A DNA stretch of 64,000 nucleotides, from positions 1 to 64,000 of the forward strand of contig JAIPGM010000006.1 of NCBI GenBank assembly GCA_021735655.1, written 5' to 3'. How positions within the stretch are numbered: the first letter of the stretch is position 1; every line of letters starts with the position of its first letter. Origin of the DNA: Candidatus Omnitrophota bacterium (GTDB lineage: Bacteria; Omnitrophota; Gorgyraeia; Duberdicusellales; 4484-171). Shown here one piece after another: positions 55,692 through 64,000 of this stretch. Both the position numbers and the translations under genes were made by a program. Below the pieces are notes generated by a model. That model worked only from the letters and a program-made list of their open reading frames with translations, had not been told where the DNA came from and ran no database searches.

Positions 55692-56681
55692 TCAATTAGG
55701 TTTAGCCTCTAAAGCAATATTACTCTCTTTACCTATTTTATTATACAAGTAAAACCCTAATCCTGCAACCATTGCCGCATTGTCTCCCGTATACTCTTTA
55801 GAAGCAATAAAAACCTTAAGCCCTCGGTCCTGGTAGTCTTTTAGGCGCCTACGTAAATAACTATTCGCTGTAACCCCACCCCCACAAACTATAGTTTTAA
55901 CTTTTAGTTTATCCACCGCCTCTTCGGTTGCTGCGATAATAGCTTCTAAAGCTGCATATTGGAATGAAGAAAGAAGTCTTTTTTTCATCTTCGCATCAAA
56001 AACACCTTTTTTCTCCATCTCGATTTTCTTGTAAATTAAAGCCGTTTTTATGCCACTAAAGCTTAAATCTAAACCACTGCGACCGCAGTTAAACTTAAAA
56101 TCGGACCTTTGGTCGTAGTTAAACAACCTATCAATCAGTGGGCCTCCAGGATATCCCAATCCATAAGCTTTAGCTACCTTGTCAAACACCTCACCACAAG
56201 CATCGTCGCGGGTTGAACCGACCAAATTAACTCGATCGAAATCATCGACTCGGTAAAATTCAGTATGCCCCCCGGAAACTACCAACCCTAAAAAAGGAAA
56301 AGGAATTCTTTTATGATAATCTAAAAAAGGAGAAAAAATGTGAGCTTGTAGATGATTAACGCCAATAAAAGGTTTTTTCAGCGCCAGAGAAAGGGCCTTA
56401 GCAAAATTAAGCCCAACGACCAAACTTCCGATTAACCCGGGGCACTGGGTTACTGCAATTAAATTTATTTTCTTTAAAGGAACCTTGGCTTTTATTGTAG
56501 CTAGCTCAACAACCCGGTCAATACTAACTAGGTGTGCCCGGGTAGCAATTTCTGGAACTACCCCACCATACTTTTTATGCTCGCTTAGAGAAGAAAGAGT
56601 AACGTTAGAAAGAACCTTGTTATTTTTTAAAATTGCACAAGAAGTCTCATCACAAGATGTTTCTATACCAAGAGTGTACAT
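55692..56681 (-). CDS. tsaD: tRNA N6-threonylcarbamoyladenosine synthase TsaD
   Basis: MYTLGIETSCDETS N-terminus, HLQAHI, GVxxGGG motifs of Kae1/TsaD. Confidence 0.92.
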   Translation of the reverse strand: MYTLGIETSCDETSCAILKNNKVLSNVTLSSLSEHKKYGGVVPEIATRAHLVSIDRVVELATIKAKVPLKKINLIAVTQCPGLIGSLVVGLNFAKALSLALKKPFIGVNHLQAHIFSPFLDYHKRIPFPFLGLVVSGGHTEFYRVDDFDRVNLVGSTRDDACGEVFDKVAKAYGLGYPGGPLIDRLFNYDQRSDFKFNCGRSGLDLSFSGIKTALIYKKIEMEKKGVFDAKMKKRLLSSFQYAALEAIIAATEEAVDKLKVKTIVCGGGVTANSYLRRRLKDYQDRGLKVFIASKEYTGDNAAMVAGLGFYLYNKIGKESNIALEAKPN

Positions 56682-56699
56682 AAATAAAATTAACTATAT

Positions 56700-57914
56700 T
56701 TATTCACTGCCTTTCAAAACTAAAATGCCTTTAAGCAAATCAACTGCTCTTACTATCTGATAATCTTTCTTATAATCAAAGTCATCTTCTTTGAGCTTCT
56801 TAAAAACATCTTCCTTGTTTTCTTTACTCTCATCAGGGACTACCACGATGTCTGGATTGACTCCCTTTTCATGAATACTTATTCCATCAGGAGTATAATA
56901 TTTAGATGTGGTTAGCCTCAGAGCCGATCCATCAGAAAGAGGAATTATCGTCTGGACTGAACCCTTACCAAAGGTAGTTTCACCAAGAAGTATTGCTCGA
57001 TTGTTTTCCCTAAGGGCTGCAGCAACAATTTCGCTTCCCGAAGCGCTTCCCTTGTTAATCAACACCACTATCGGAATATCTAAATATTTCTTCTGAAAAG
57101 GAAGAGACTTGTAAATACTTTCGTCTTGATCGCGAGTTTTAGTTGAAACCACCACCTTGCCGTCTTCAAGAAATCTACTTGATACATCGATCGCTGAAGT
57201 CAACAACCCCCCAGGATTATTACGTACATCAAGGATAAAGGCTTTCAGATTATTTTCTTGCAGTTTTTCTAAAGCTTTTCCTAAATCTTTAGCTGTAGTC
57301 TCACGAAACTCAGAAATTCTGGCATAACCAATACCATCATCCAAAATTACCGCTCGCTTAATATCTTTTATCTTAATAATGCCACGAGTAATCGTAACTT
57401 CTTCAAGTTTTCTAGTAACTTCTCGTAAAATTGTTATAGTAACATCAGTACCGGGTTTACCACGAAGCTTCTTAACCGCTTCATTGAGAGTAATTCCTTT
57501 AGTTAACTCACCTTCTATTTTAATAATTATATCACCAGGCTTAACTCCTGCTTCCCAGGCCGGGGTATCTTCAATCGGGGAAACTATTGTCAATAGTCCA
57601 TCACGAATGGTGATTTCAATCCCCAACCCGCCGAATTTGCCTTCAGTCTCAATAAGAAGATTTTTATAATCTTCAGGAGTTAAAAATTGGCTATAGGAAT
57701 CCAAGGAAAAAAGCATGCCACGCATCGCCCCATAAATTAAATCCTCGGCTGACTTATCTTCTACATATTTTTCTTCAATAACCGCTAAACCTTCGGAGAA
57801 TATCTCTAACTCCTTATAAACATCCTCTCTATCTTTTCCAAAAGAAAACCCCATCGTATAGGAAATCAATACCACTGCTACAGCCATTGCAAAGATAATA
57901 ACTCTTTTTCTCAT
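56700..57914 (-). CDS. C-terminal processing peptidase (S41, CtpA) with PDZ domain
   Basis: PDZ region, catalytic GSASGSE serine motif, signal/TM N-terminus. Confidence 0.85.
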   Translation of the reverse strand: MRKRVIIFAMAVAVVLISYTMGFSFGKDREDVYKELEIFSEGLAVIEEKYVEDKSAEDLIYGAMRGMLFSLDSYSQFLTPEDYKNLLIETEGKFGGLGIEITIRDGLLTIVSPIEDTPAWEAGVKPGDIIIKIEGELTKGITLNEAVKKLRGKPGTDVTITILREVTRKLEEVTITRGIIKIKDIKRAVILDDGIGYARISEFRETTAKDLGKALEKLQENNLKAFILDVRNNPGGLLTSAIDVSSRFLEDGKVVVSTKTRDQDESIYKSLPFQKKYLDIPIVVLINKGSASGSEIVAAALRENNRAILLGETTFGKGSVQTIIPLSDGSALRLTTSKYYTPDGISIHEKGVNPDIVVVPDESKENKEDVFKKLKEDDFDYKKDYQIVRAVDLLKGILVLKGSE

Positions 57915-59329
57915 CTAGATAACCTCCTTTCTAACATTTCCCGGGCTACTTTAGGATTAGCCTTACCTTTAGTTTTTTTCATAACCTGCCCGACTAAAAA
58001 CTGTATTGCCTGCTGTTTGCCGGCTAAATACTCATCGACAACTTTTTGGTTTTCAACAACAGTCTCTTCGATATACTTATCTAGCTCAGCACTATCAGAA
58101 ACCTGAACCAGCTGCTCACTATTTATAATTTCATCAACATCCCTGTCAGTGGCAATGCTCAAAGAAAGTGCTTTTTTAGCAGCTAAGTTATTCATCTTGC
58201 CCTCTGAAAAGTATCTTATAATTTTAGCAAAATTAGCTGCCGATATCAAAACTTCATTAAAACCGTCCTTTAAACTATTCACCTGCTCTAGAAACGGGCC
58301 AAGCAGCCAATTAAAAACCTCCCGGCTCTCAGGGTATATCTTCACGGTGTCCTCAAAAAGATCAGCAAGCTTAGCTTGATTAATTATTATATCAACTTCT
58401 TTCTCTTCTAAAGAATAATCTTTTAAGAATCTTTTTCGCTTAGCTAAAGGTAACTCCCCCAAAGCTAACTGCTGATTTTTAATTAGGTCTTTAGCTACCG
58501 AAAAATCTAGCAAGTCTGGTTCGGGAAAATAACGATAGTCGTGAGCTTGCTCTTTGCTGCGCATAACTATAGTTTTCAACTTTAATTCATCCCAAAGCCT
58601 AGTTTCCTGAATCACCTTCTCTCCCTTAACCAAGGCCGCTGCCTGCCGCTTAACTTCATATTCTAGGCCCGCCTTAACCCCCTTAAAACTATTCATATTC
58701 TTAAGCTCAACTTTTACCCCTAATTTTTTATCGCCTTTCTTTCTAAGTGAAATATTAGCATCACAGCGCAAAGACCCTTTTTCCATATCACAGTCAGAAA
58801 CGCCGATATACTGAAGCATTAGCTTTAAATGGCTCAGGTATTCAAAAGCCTCATCTGGGCCACTGATGTCCGGCTCAGAAACTATCTCTAACAAAGGTGT
58901 TCCAGTACGATTGAAATCCACCAAAGAGTGATCTTGCTTATGAATCAGCTTCCCTGCATCCTCTTCAAGATGCACTCGGTTAACTCTTATTTTTCTACCC
59001 GAAATTAATTCCAAAGAACCCGCCTCACCAAGTGGCATCTTATACTGAGAAATTTGATAGTCTTTCGGCAAATCAGGATAAAAATAATTCTTGCGCTCAA
59101 AGTATATACTTGAGTTAACCTTACAATCTAAGGCACAGCATACCCTTACTGCCAACTCTAAGGCCTTCTGGTTAAATACCGGAAGCACTCCTGGATAACC
59201 GCAACAAACCGGGCAAATATTACTATTAGCCGGACTTTCAAAATTAGTAGAACAGCTACAAAAAATCTTTGACTCTGTTTTAAGCTGGGTATGAACTTCT
59301 AAGCCAATTACTGTTTCTAAATCACCCAT
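57911..59329 (-). CDS. gatB: Asp/Glu-tRNA amidotransferase subunit B
   Basis: MGDLETVIGLEVHTQL N-terminus and full-length GatB pattern. Confidence 0.92.
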   Translation of the reverse strand: MGDLETVIGLEVHTQLKTESKIFCSCSTNFESPANSNICPVCCGYPGVLPVFNQKALELAVRVCCALDCKVNSSIYFERKNYFYPDLPKDYQISQYKMPLGEAGSLELISGRKIRVNRVHLEEDAGKLIHKQDHSLVDFNRTGTPLLEIVSEPDISGPDEAFEYLSHLKLMLQYIGVSDCDMEKGSLRCDANISLRKKGDKKLGVKVELKNMNSFKGVKAGLEYEVKRQAAALVKGEKVIQETRLWDELKLKTIVMRSKEQAHDYRYFPEPDLLDFSVAKDLIKNQQLALGELPLAKRKRFLKDYSLEEKEVDIIINQAKLADLFEDTVKIYPESREVFNWLLGPFLEQVNSLKDGFNEVLISAANFAKIIRYFSEGKMNNLAAKKALSLSIATDRDVDEIINSEQLVQVSDSAELDKYIEETVVENQKVVDEYLAGKQQAIQFLVGQVMKKTKGKANPKVAREMLERRLSR

Positions 59330-59359
59330 GTTAGTTTTAGCCCTCTATACTATCTAAAA

Positions 59360-60730
59360 TTAGCAAACCGGAATCTTTTTATGAAAATCGGTTAAACTCT
59401 CAAAAGCAGAACCGAGTTTAAGTAAAGTTACCTCATCAAAAGCCTTGCCAACCAGCTGAGCTCCGATCGGTAAATCTTTTTTATCAAAGCCACAAGGAAA
59501 AGATACCGCAGGTATGCCAGCAAGGTTCGCTGGTATAGTGTATATGTCAGATAAATACATACTCAAAGGATCACTTGCTCTTTCGCCAAGTTTAAAGGCG
59601 GTAGTCGGAGAAGTCGGAGTCAAAATAGCATCGACCTCGGAAAAAACCTTATCAAAATCATCCTTAATCAATCTTCTCACCTTCAAGGCTTTCAGATAGT
59701 AAGCATCATAATATCCGCTAGAAAGACTATGGGTTCCTAAAAGTATTCTTCTTTTTGCCTCAGGCCCAAACCCAGCCTCTCTGGTTTTCAAATAAAGATC
59801 AATTAGGCTCTTAGACTGCTTGCGTAAGCCATATCTTATGCCGTCAAACCGCTGCAGATTAGAGCTCGCTTCAGAAGAAGAAATAATATAGTAAGTTGCG
59901 ACTGCATAATCAGTATGAGGAAGACTAATTTCCTTAAAAATAACACCTTGCTTCTTGAAGTTAGAAATTACATCATCAATCGCTGCTTTTACTTCTTGGT
60001 TTAAACCTTTGCCAAAGTATTCTTTTGGTAAACCAACCTTTATTGCTTTAATTCCACCTTTAAGGCCTTCGCTAAAATCACAAAAATCTAATTTTGCTGA
60101 GGTAGAATCTTTCCGGTCATGACCGCAAATTATATTAAGCAGCTGGGCACAATCTGAAAAGTTAGTGGTTATCGGACCGATTTGATCAAGGCTTGAACCA
60201 AAAGCAATTAACCCATAGCGGGAAACTCTCCCATAAGTCGGCTTAAAACCAATAACTCCGCAAAACGATGCCGGTTGCCTGATTGAACCCCCGGTATCAG
60301 AACCTAATGCAAAAGGGACTAACCTTGCAGCTACTGCTGCGCAGGATCCGCCGCTAGAACCGCCAGGAACTCTTTGAGTGTCCCAAGGATTTCTAGTTGG
60401 GCCATAGCAGGAATTTTCAGTAGACGAACCAAAAGCAAACTCATCAAGATTGGTTGTACCGACGATGGATAAGCCTGCGTTTTTAAGCTTTTCAATCACG
60501 GTTGCATCATAGACAGCCCGATGTGAAGATAAAATCTTCGAAGCGCAAGTAATTATCTTATCCTGAATACAAATATTATCTTTAATCGCAATCGACATTC
60601 CGGCCAATTGCGAACTTCCGCTTCCGGCTACAGGCTTATCATAAATCTCAACAAAACTATTTAGAAACTTATCCTTCTTCTTGGCTCTTTGAGCAATTTC
60701 AGAAGCAATAAGTTTACTTAAATCTTCCAT
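59360..60730 (-). CDS. gatA: Asp/Glu-tRNA amidotransferase subunit A (amidase)
   Basis: Amidase signature GGSSGGS, 456 aa. Confidence 0.92.
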   Translation of the reverse strand: MEDLSKLIASEIAQRAKKKDKFLNSFVEIYDKPVAGSGSSQLAGMSIAIKDNICIQDKIITCASKILSSHRAVYDATVIEKLKNAGLSIVGTTNLDEFAFGSSTENSCYGPTRNPWDTQRVPGGSSGGSCAAVAARLVPFALGSDTGGSIRQPASFCGVIGFKPTYGRVSRYGLIAFGSSLDQIGPITTNFSDCAQLLNIICGHDRKDSTSAKLDFCDFSEGLKGGIKAIKVGLPKEYFGKGLNQEVKAAIDDVISNFKKQGVIFKEISLPHTDYAVATYYIISSSEASSNLQRFDGIRYGLRKQSKSLIDLYLKTREAGFGPEAKRRILLGTHSLSSGYYDAYYLKALKVRRLIKDDFDKVFSEVDAILTPTSPTTAFKLGERASDPLSMYLSDIYTIPANLAGIPAVSFPCGFDKKDLPIGAQLVGKAFDEVTLLKLGSAFESLTDFHKKIPVC

Positions 60731-61021
60731 TTATTCAATTACCTTTGGAATTTTGAAATAATCTCCCTCCCTAGAGGGTGAGTTGTTTAAGATTCTATCC
60801 CGATGATCTGAGGGCCTGGCTTCATCTTTACGCAAAACACCTTGAGCCTGGTGTAAATTGCGCATCGGCTTAATTGACTCAGTGTCTAGCTCTTTTAACT
60901 TATCAATGTAATCAAAAATTTTAGAAAGTTGAGCGATAAGCGACTTTTTCTCTTCTTCAGCTAAATTAATTCTGGCTAAATTAGCCACATACTCAACAGT
61001 TTTTTTATCTACTTTACTCAT
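60731..61021 (-). CDS. gatC: Asp/Glu-tRNA amidotransferase subunit C
   Basis: 96 aa, position in gatCAB operon. Confidence 0.85.
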   Translation of the reverse strand: MSKVDKKTVEYVANLARINLAEEEKKSLIAQLSKIFDYIDKLKELDTESIKPMRNLHQAQGVLRKDEARPSDHRDRILNNSPSREGDYFKIPKVIE

Positions 61022-61023
61022 TT

Positions 61024-62568
61024 TTAAGAAGATTTAAATTTACCGCGAAAAAGAGTAAGCTCTAAAAATGTCTGAAGCCGTCGCGAACGGCTAGGGTGAC
61101 GTAGTTTCTTTAAAGCTTTGGCTTCAATTTGACGAATTCGCTCTCGAGTAACCTTAAAAATAGTTCCCACTTCTTCTAACGTCTTTGGGCTTCCATCCTC
61201 TAAACCAAACCTTAAAGTAAGAATGTTCTTCTCCCGATCAGTCAGGCTTTCCATGGCTTGTTCTAATTCCTCCTTAAGCATAGAGAAAACCGTAGCATTA
61301 GCCGGGGATACGGCTTTTTTATCTTCAATAAAATCACCGAAAGAAGTATCGCCATCATCGCCAATCGGAGTATGGATTGATATCGGCTGTTGTGAAACTT
61401 TGATAATATCTTTTATCTTAGAAACCGGAAGTTTTAGTTCCTTTGACAGTTCATCGGGAGTAGGCTCGCGTCCTTTTTCTTGAATGAAAAGACGCGATAT
61501 ACGGATAATTTTGTTGATCGTCTCAGTCATGTGTACCGGTATTCTAATCGTTCTAGCTTGGTCAGCGATTGCTCGAGTTATTGCTTGTCGTATCCACCAG
61601 GTAGCATAAGTAGAAAATTTATATCCCCGTTTATATTCAAACTTCTCTACCGCTTTGATTAAACCAATATTACCCTCTTGAATCAAATCTAAAAAGGATA
61701 AGCCTCGATTTACATATTTTTTAGCAATACTCACTACCAACCTTAAGTTAGCCTCAACTAAAGTTCGCTTAGCCTGATTGTATAGCTTAGTCCTATCATT
61801 GATCATTCTCATCCGATCCCTAAGCTGACTTTCGGGAAAACCTAACTGTCTCATTGTCTTACCTTTCTGCCGGATGAGACTACGGCGCAAGGTTTGGTTA
61901 GCCTGGCTCCTACCTTTGACTTTTTCAAGCTTTCTTTTTAGCTTATCGACCTCTTTGGCTAAAAACTTGGTTCTAGTGATTATTCGCTCAATAATACTAA
62001 TAGTAAAATTAAAAGCCTGTAAAATTTTCCTCTGACTTTCAATTTTCTTTATTCTCGCCAGCTTCCCATATAAAGACTTCAACCGATTAATTTCTTTTTC
62101 TTTATTCTTAATTTCTCCTTTAACAAAATCATCAGCGTTTAGCTCTTCTTTAATAATTCTTCTAGTAATACTTAAAAACATATCTCGGGATATGCCGGTT
62201 GAAAAAACCTCTTTTCTCAAGAGCTCTTCGGCGTCTTCAATTTTTTTAGCTAAACTGATTTCCTCTTCCCGAGTAAGCAAAGGAATCTGCCCCATCTGTT
62301 TTAAATACATCTTAACCGGGTCATCAATCGGTTGAGTCGTGGCCGTACTCTGCTTTTTCTTTATCTTCTCCCATTCAGAAACTTCCTTTGTTTCCAATAC
62401 GCTTATGTCTTTTGAATTGAGACGCTCAAAAATGGCATCCAAATCTTTAGCGCTGGATATTTCTTCGGAAAGAAAGTGATTTATCTCATCATAAGTAAGA
62501 TAGCCTTTCTTTTTTCCTAAATCGACCAACTGACCGATGCTTCTCTCTAAAAGTTTCTTTTTAACCAT
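61024..62568 (-). CDS. rpoD: RNA polymerase sigma factor RpoD (sigma-70)
   Basis: Region 2 [17 protein letters not shown]...[15 protein letters not shown], regions 3/4 present. Confidence 0.92.
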   Translation of the reverse strand: MVKKKLLERSIGQLVDLGKKKGYLTYDEINHFLSEEISSAKDLDAIFERLNSKDISVLETKEVSEWEKIKKKQSTATTQPIDDPVKMYLKQMGQIPLLTREEEISLAKKIEDAEELLRKEVFSTGISRDMFLSITRRIIKEELNADDFVKGEIKNKEKEINRLKSLYGKLARIKKIESQRKILQAFNFTISIIERIITRTKFLAKEVDKLKRKLEKVKGRSQANQTLRRSLIRQKGKTMRQLGFPESQLRDRMRMINDRTKLYNQAKRTLVEANLRLVVSIAKKYVNRGLSFLDLIQEGNIGLIKAVEKFEYKRGYKFSTYATWWIRQAITRAIADQARTIRIPVHMTETINKIIRISRLFIQEKGREPTPDELSKELKLPVSKIKDIIKVSQQPISIHTPIGDDGDTSFGDFIEDKKAVSPANATVFSMLKEELEQAMESLTDREKNILTLRFGLEDGSPKTLEEVGTIFKVTRERIRQIEAKALKKLRHPSRSRRLQTFLELTLFRGKFKSS

Positions 62569-63997
62569 TTTTTACCTCTCTACTATTTACTTTTTCAAAT
62601 TCTGTAATTAATATTTTTACTTTCTTTGTATCGCCCTTTGCTTCGGCATCACGTATTTTTTCACGAAGCTCACTCTTAAACTGAATTATTCCTTTTTTCT
62701 TTAACTTAAGCAAACTCTCCTTAAAGGTATTTTTATCCATCGGTATATCGTCATCAATAAGAATTTTAGAAATAAAGCTACTAATTTCCTTGTCGTTAAT
62801 CGTACCCAAAAACTTTGGCCCGGATACCCCAGCTTCAATCGAATTGTTTAAAAATAAAGAAATTGCTTTACGGGAAATCGGTGAACTGAAATATTCCTGT
62901 TTTAAGTTCTTTTTAACCAAAGGAAAAGTTTTTGGATTAGTAAGAAGAAACTTAAAAATTACCTTCTCGGTAACTGGCAAGAGTTCGTTTTTATTTAGTC
63001 CGGCTGACTGGTTTCCCCCAGGGGCAGAAAATTTGTTTCGCCGAGTATTATTGACTGGGCTCTTCTTTTGAAACTCAGCAATCATGATCTCTTCTTTAAC
63101 TGAAAGTGCGCCGGCTAACTTTCTTATGTATTCATACTTTTTTATTTGCGAAGGCAGTTTATCTATCGTCTCAAGCATCTCTTTAGCAATCTTAGTTTTA
63201 CCGTCTATGCTATCCTTGTCATAAATATTGCTAAGGACATCTACCTTGTAATCAAAAAAATCACGAGCCTGCTTTAAAAAGGTCAAAAAATCAGCCCGAT
63301 CTTTATTTCTAAAAAAAGAGTCCGGATCGCTGCCTGACGGCAATTGCATAATCTCAACCTCTAGTCCTTGCTCAAGAAGCAAGTCCAAAGAACGCAGAGT
63401 AGCATTCTGCCCGGCCTTGTCAGAATCATAAACCATGACCACTCGCTGGGCATAACGCTTAATCAAACGGATCTGCTCTTCGGTAAGAGCGGTGCCTAAT
63501 GAGGCAACCACATTGCTTATTCCACGCATAAAGGGCGTAATCATATCTAAATACCCTTCAACCACAATAGCGGTCTGTTGATTTGAAATCTCATCTTTTG
63601 CCAAATATAAACCATAAAGATGGTTTCTTTTGCTATAAAGAACATTTTCTAAAGAATTGATATATTTCGGAGCCTGCGTATCTTTTGTATGTATCCGAGC
63701 ACCAAAGCCAACCACCCGCGAACGAATATCCAAAATAGGAAAGGTGATTCGATTACGAAATACATCACAAAAACCGCCACCCCTTGATGTAATTAACGAA
63801 CATTTCTCTAAAATTTCAAGGGTAAAACTTTTCGTCCGCATATAGCTCATCAACCCATTATTGCCCGGAGCATAACCCAGCTGAAACTTCTTAATCGTCT
63901 CTGGGCCAACACCTCGCTCAGCTAAGTAATCCCGCACTCCTTGTAATTTTTTATCATTTTTCAAATTATTATGAAAAAATAAAGTAGCTACGCTCAT
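62561..63997 (-). CDS. dnaG: DNA primase DnaG, truncated at window edge (N-terminal zinc finger missing)
   Basis: TOPRIM region [12 protein letters not shown]...MVYDSDKAG; ORF runs to window end so true start lies beyond 64000. Confidence 0.85.
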   Translation of the reverse strand: MSVATLFFHNNLKNDKKLQGVRDYLAERGVGPETIKKFQLGYAPGNNGLMSYMRTKSFTLEILEKCSLITSRGGGFCDVFRNRITFPILDIRSRVVGFGARIHTKDTQAPKYINSLENVLYSKRNHLYGLYLAKDEISNQQTAIVVEGYLDMITPFMRGISNVVASLGTALTEEQIRLIKRYAQRVVMVYDSDKAGQNATLRSLDLLLEQGLEVEIMQLPSGSDPDSFFRNKDRADFLTFLKQARDFFDYKVDVLSNIYDKDSIDGKTKIAKEMLETIDKLPSQIKKYEYIRKLAGALSVKEEIMIAEFQKKSPVNNTRRNKFSAPGGNQSAGLNKNELLPVTEKVIFKFLLTNPKTFPLVKKNLKQEYFSSPISRKAISLFLNNSIEAGVSGPKFLGTINDKEISSFISKILIDDDIPMDKNTFKESLLKLKKKGIIQFKSELREKIRDAEAKGDTKKVKILITEFEKVNSREVKNG

Positions 63998-64000
63998 TGC

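Noticed and set aside
62561-63997. Apparent short DnaG (478 aa) lacking its zinc-finger domain
   Set aside because: The ORF runs into the window boundary at 64000, so the missing N-terminus is a truncation artefact rather than a degenerate primase.

Overview
This is an AT-rich (~35% GC) bacterial chromosomal segment, mostly transcribed on the minus strand. Housekeeping genes sit at both ends: gltX, a 2-oxoacid:ferredoxin oxidoreductase operon, dxs, ymdB, rny, hup and rlmN on the left; era, tsaD, ctpA, gatCAB, rpoD and dnaG on the right. Two accessory regions lie between them.

The first (~17.8-34.7 kb, minus strand) is a long co-directional gene block. It looks like an uncharacterised type II PKS/FAS-like or lipid biosynthetic cluster: an AMP-ligase, an active ketosynthase plus an inactive KS (chain-length-factor-like) partner, an ACP, an SDR, a B12-binding radical SAM enzyme, an SRPBCC protein, a cyclase-family protein, an MFS transporter, a tandem-duplicated Cys/His-rich protein and a PCP_red-like small protein. 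Interleaved with it is an apparent 5'-deoxyadenosine/MTA salvage set (nucleoside phosphorylase, MtnA-like isomerase, class II aldolase, aldehyde dehydrogenase).

The second is a complete chromosomal integron at 36.3-44.6 kb. It has an IntI integrase (minus strand) carrying the IntI-specific insertion, an attI site with a GTTAGAT core, an outward-facing Pc-like promoter, and nine gene cassettes on the plus strand. Each cassette ends in a conserved ~75-bp imperfect-palindromic attC site with consensus ATAACAAAGCAATCCAGCGGACC...GGCCGCTGATTTTTGTGTTAGR; one attC is ~175 bp. The cassettes encode only secreted or membrane proteins: two MORN/YwqK-repeat proteins, a signal peptidase I with an N-terminal membrane extension, and six small hypothetical proteins.

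Other points of note are a three-gene plus-strand islet (sulfotransferase, an unknown 361-aa protein, a small protein with a C-x-D-x-R / H-x-x-C motif), a PilZ-(alpha/alpha)6 fusion protein, a bactofilin-HTH fusion, and a conspicuous GC-rich structured intergenic element inside the biosynthetic operon.
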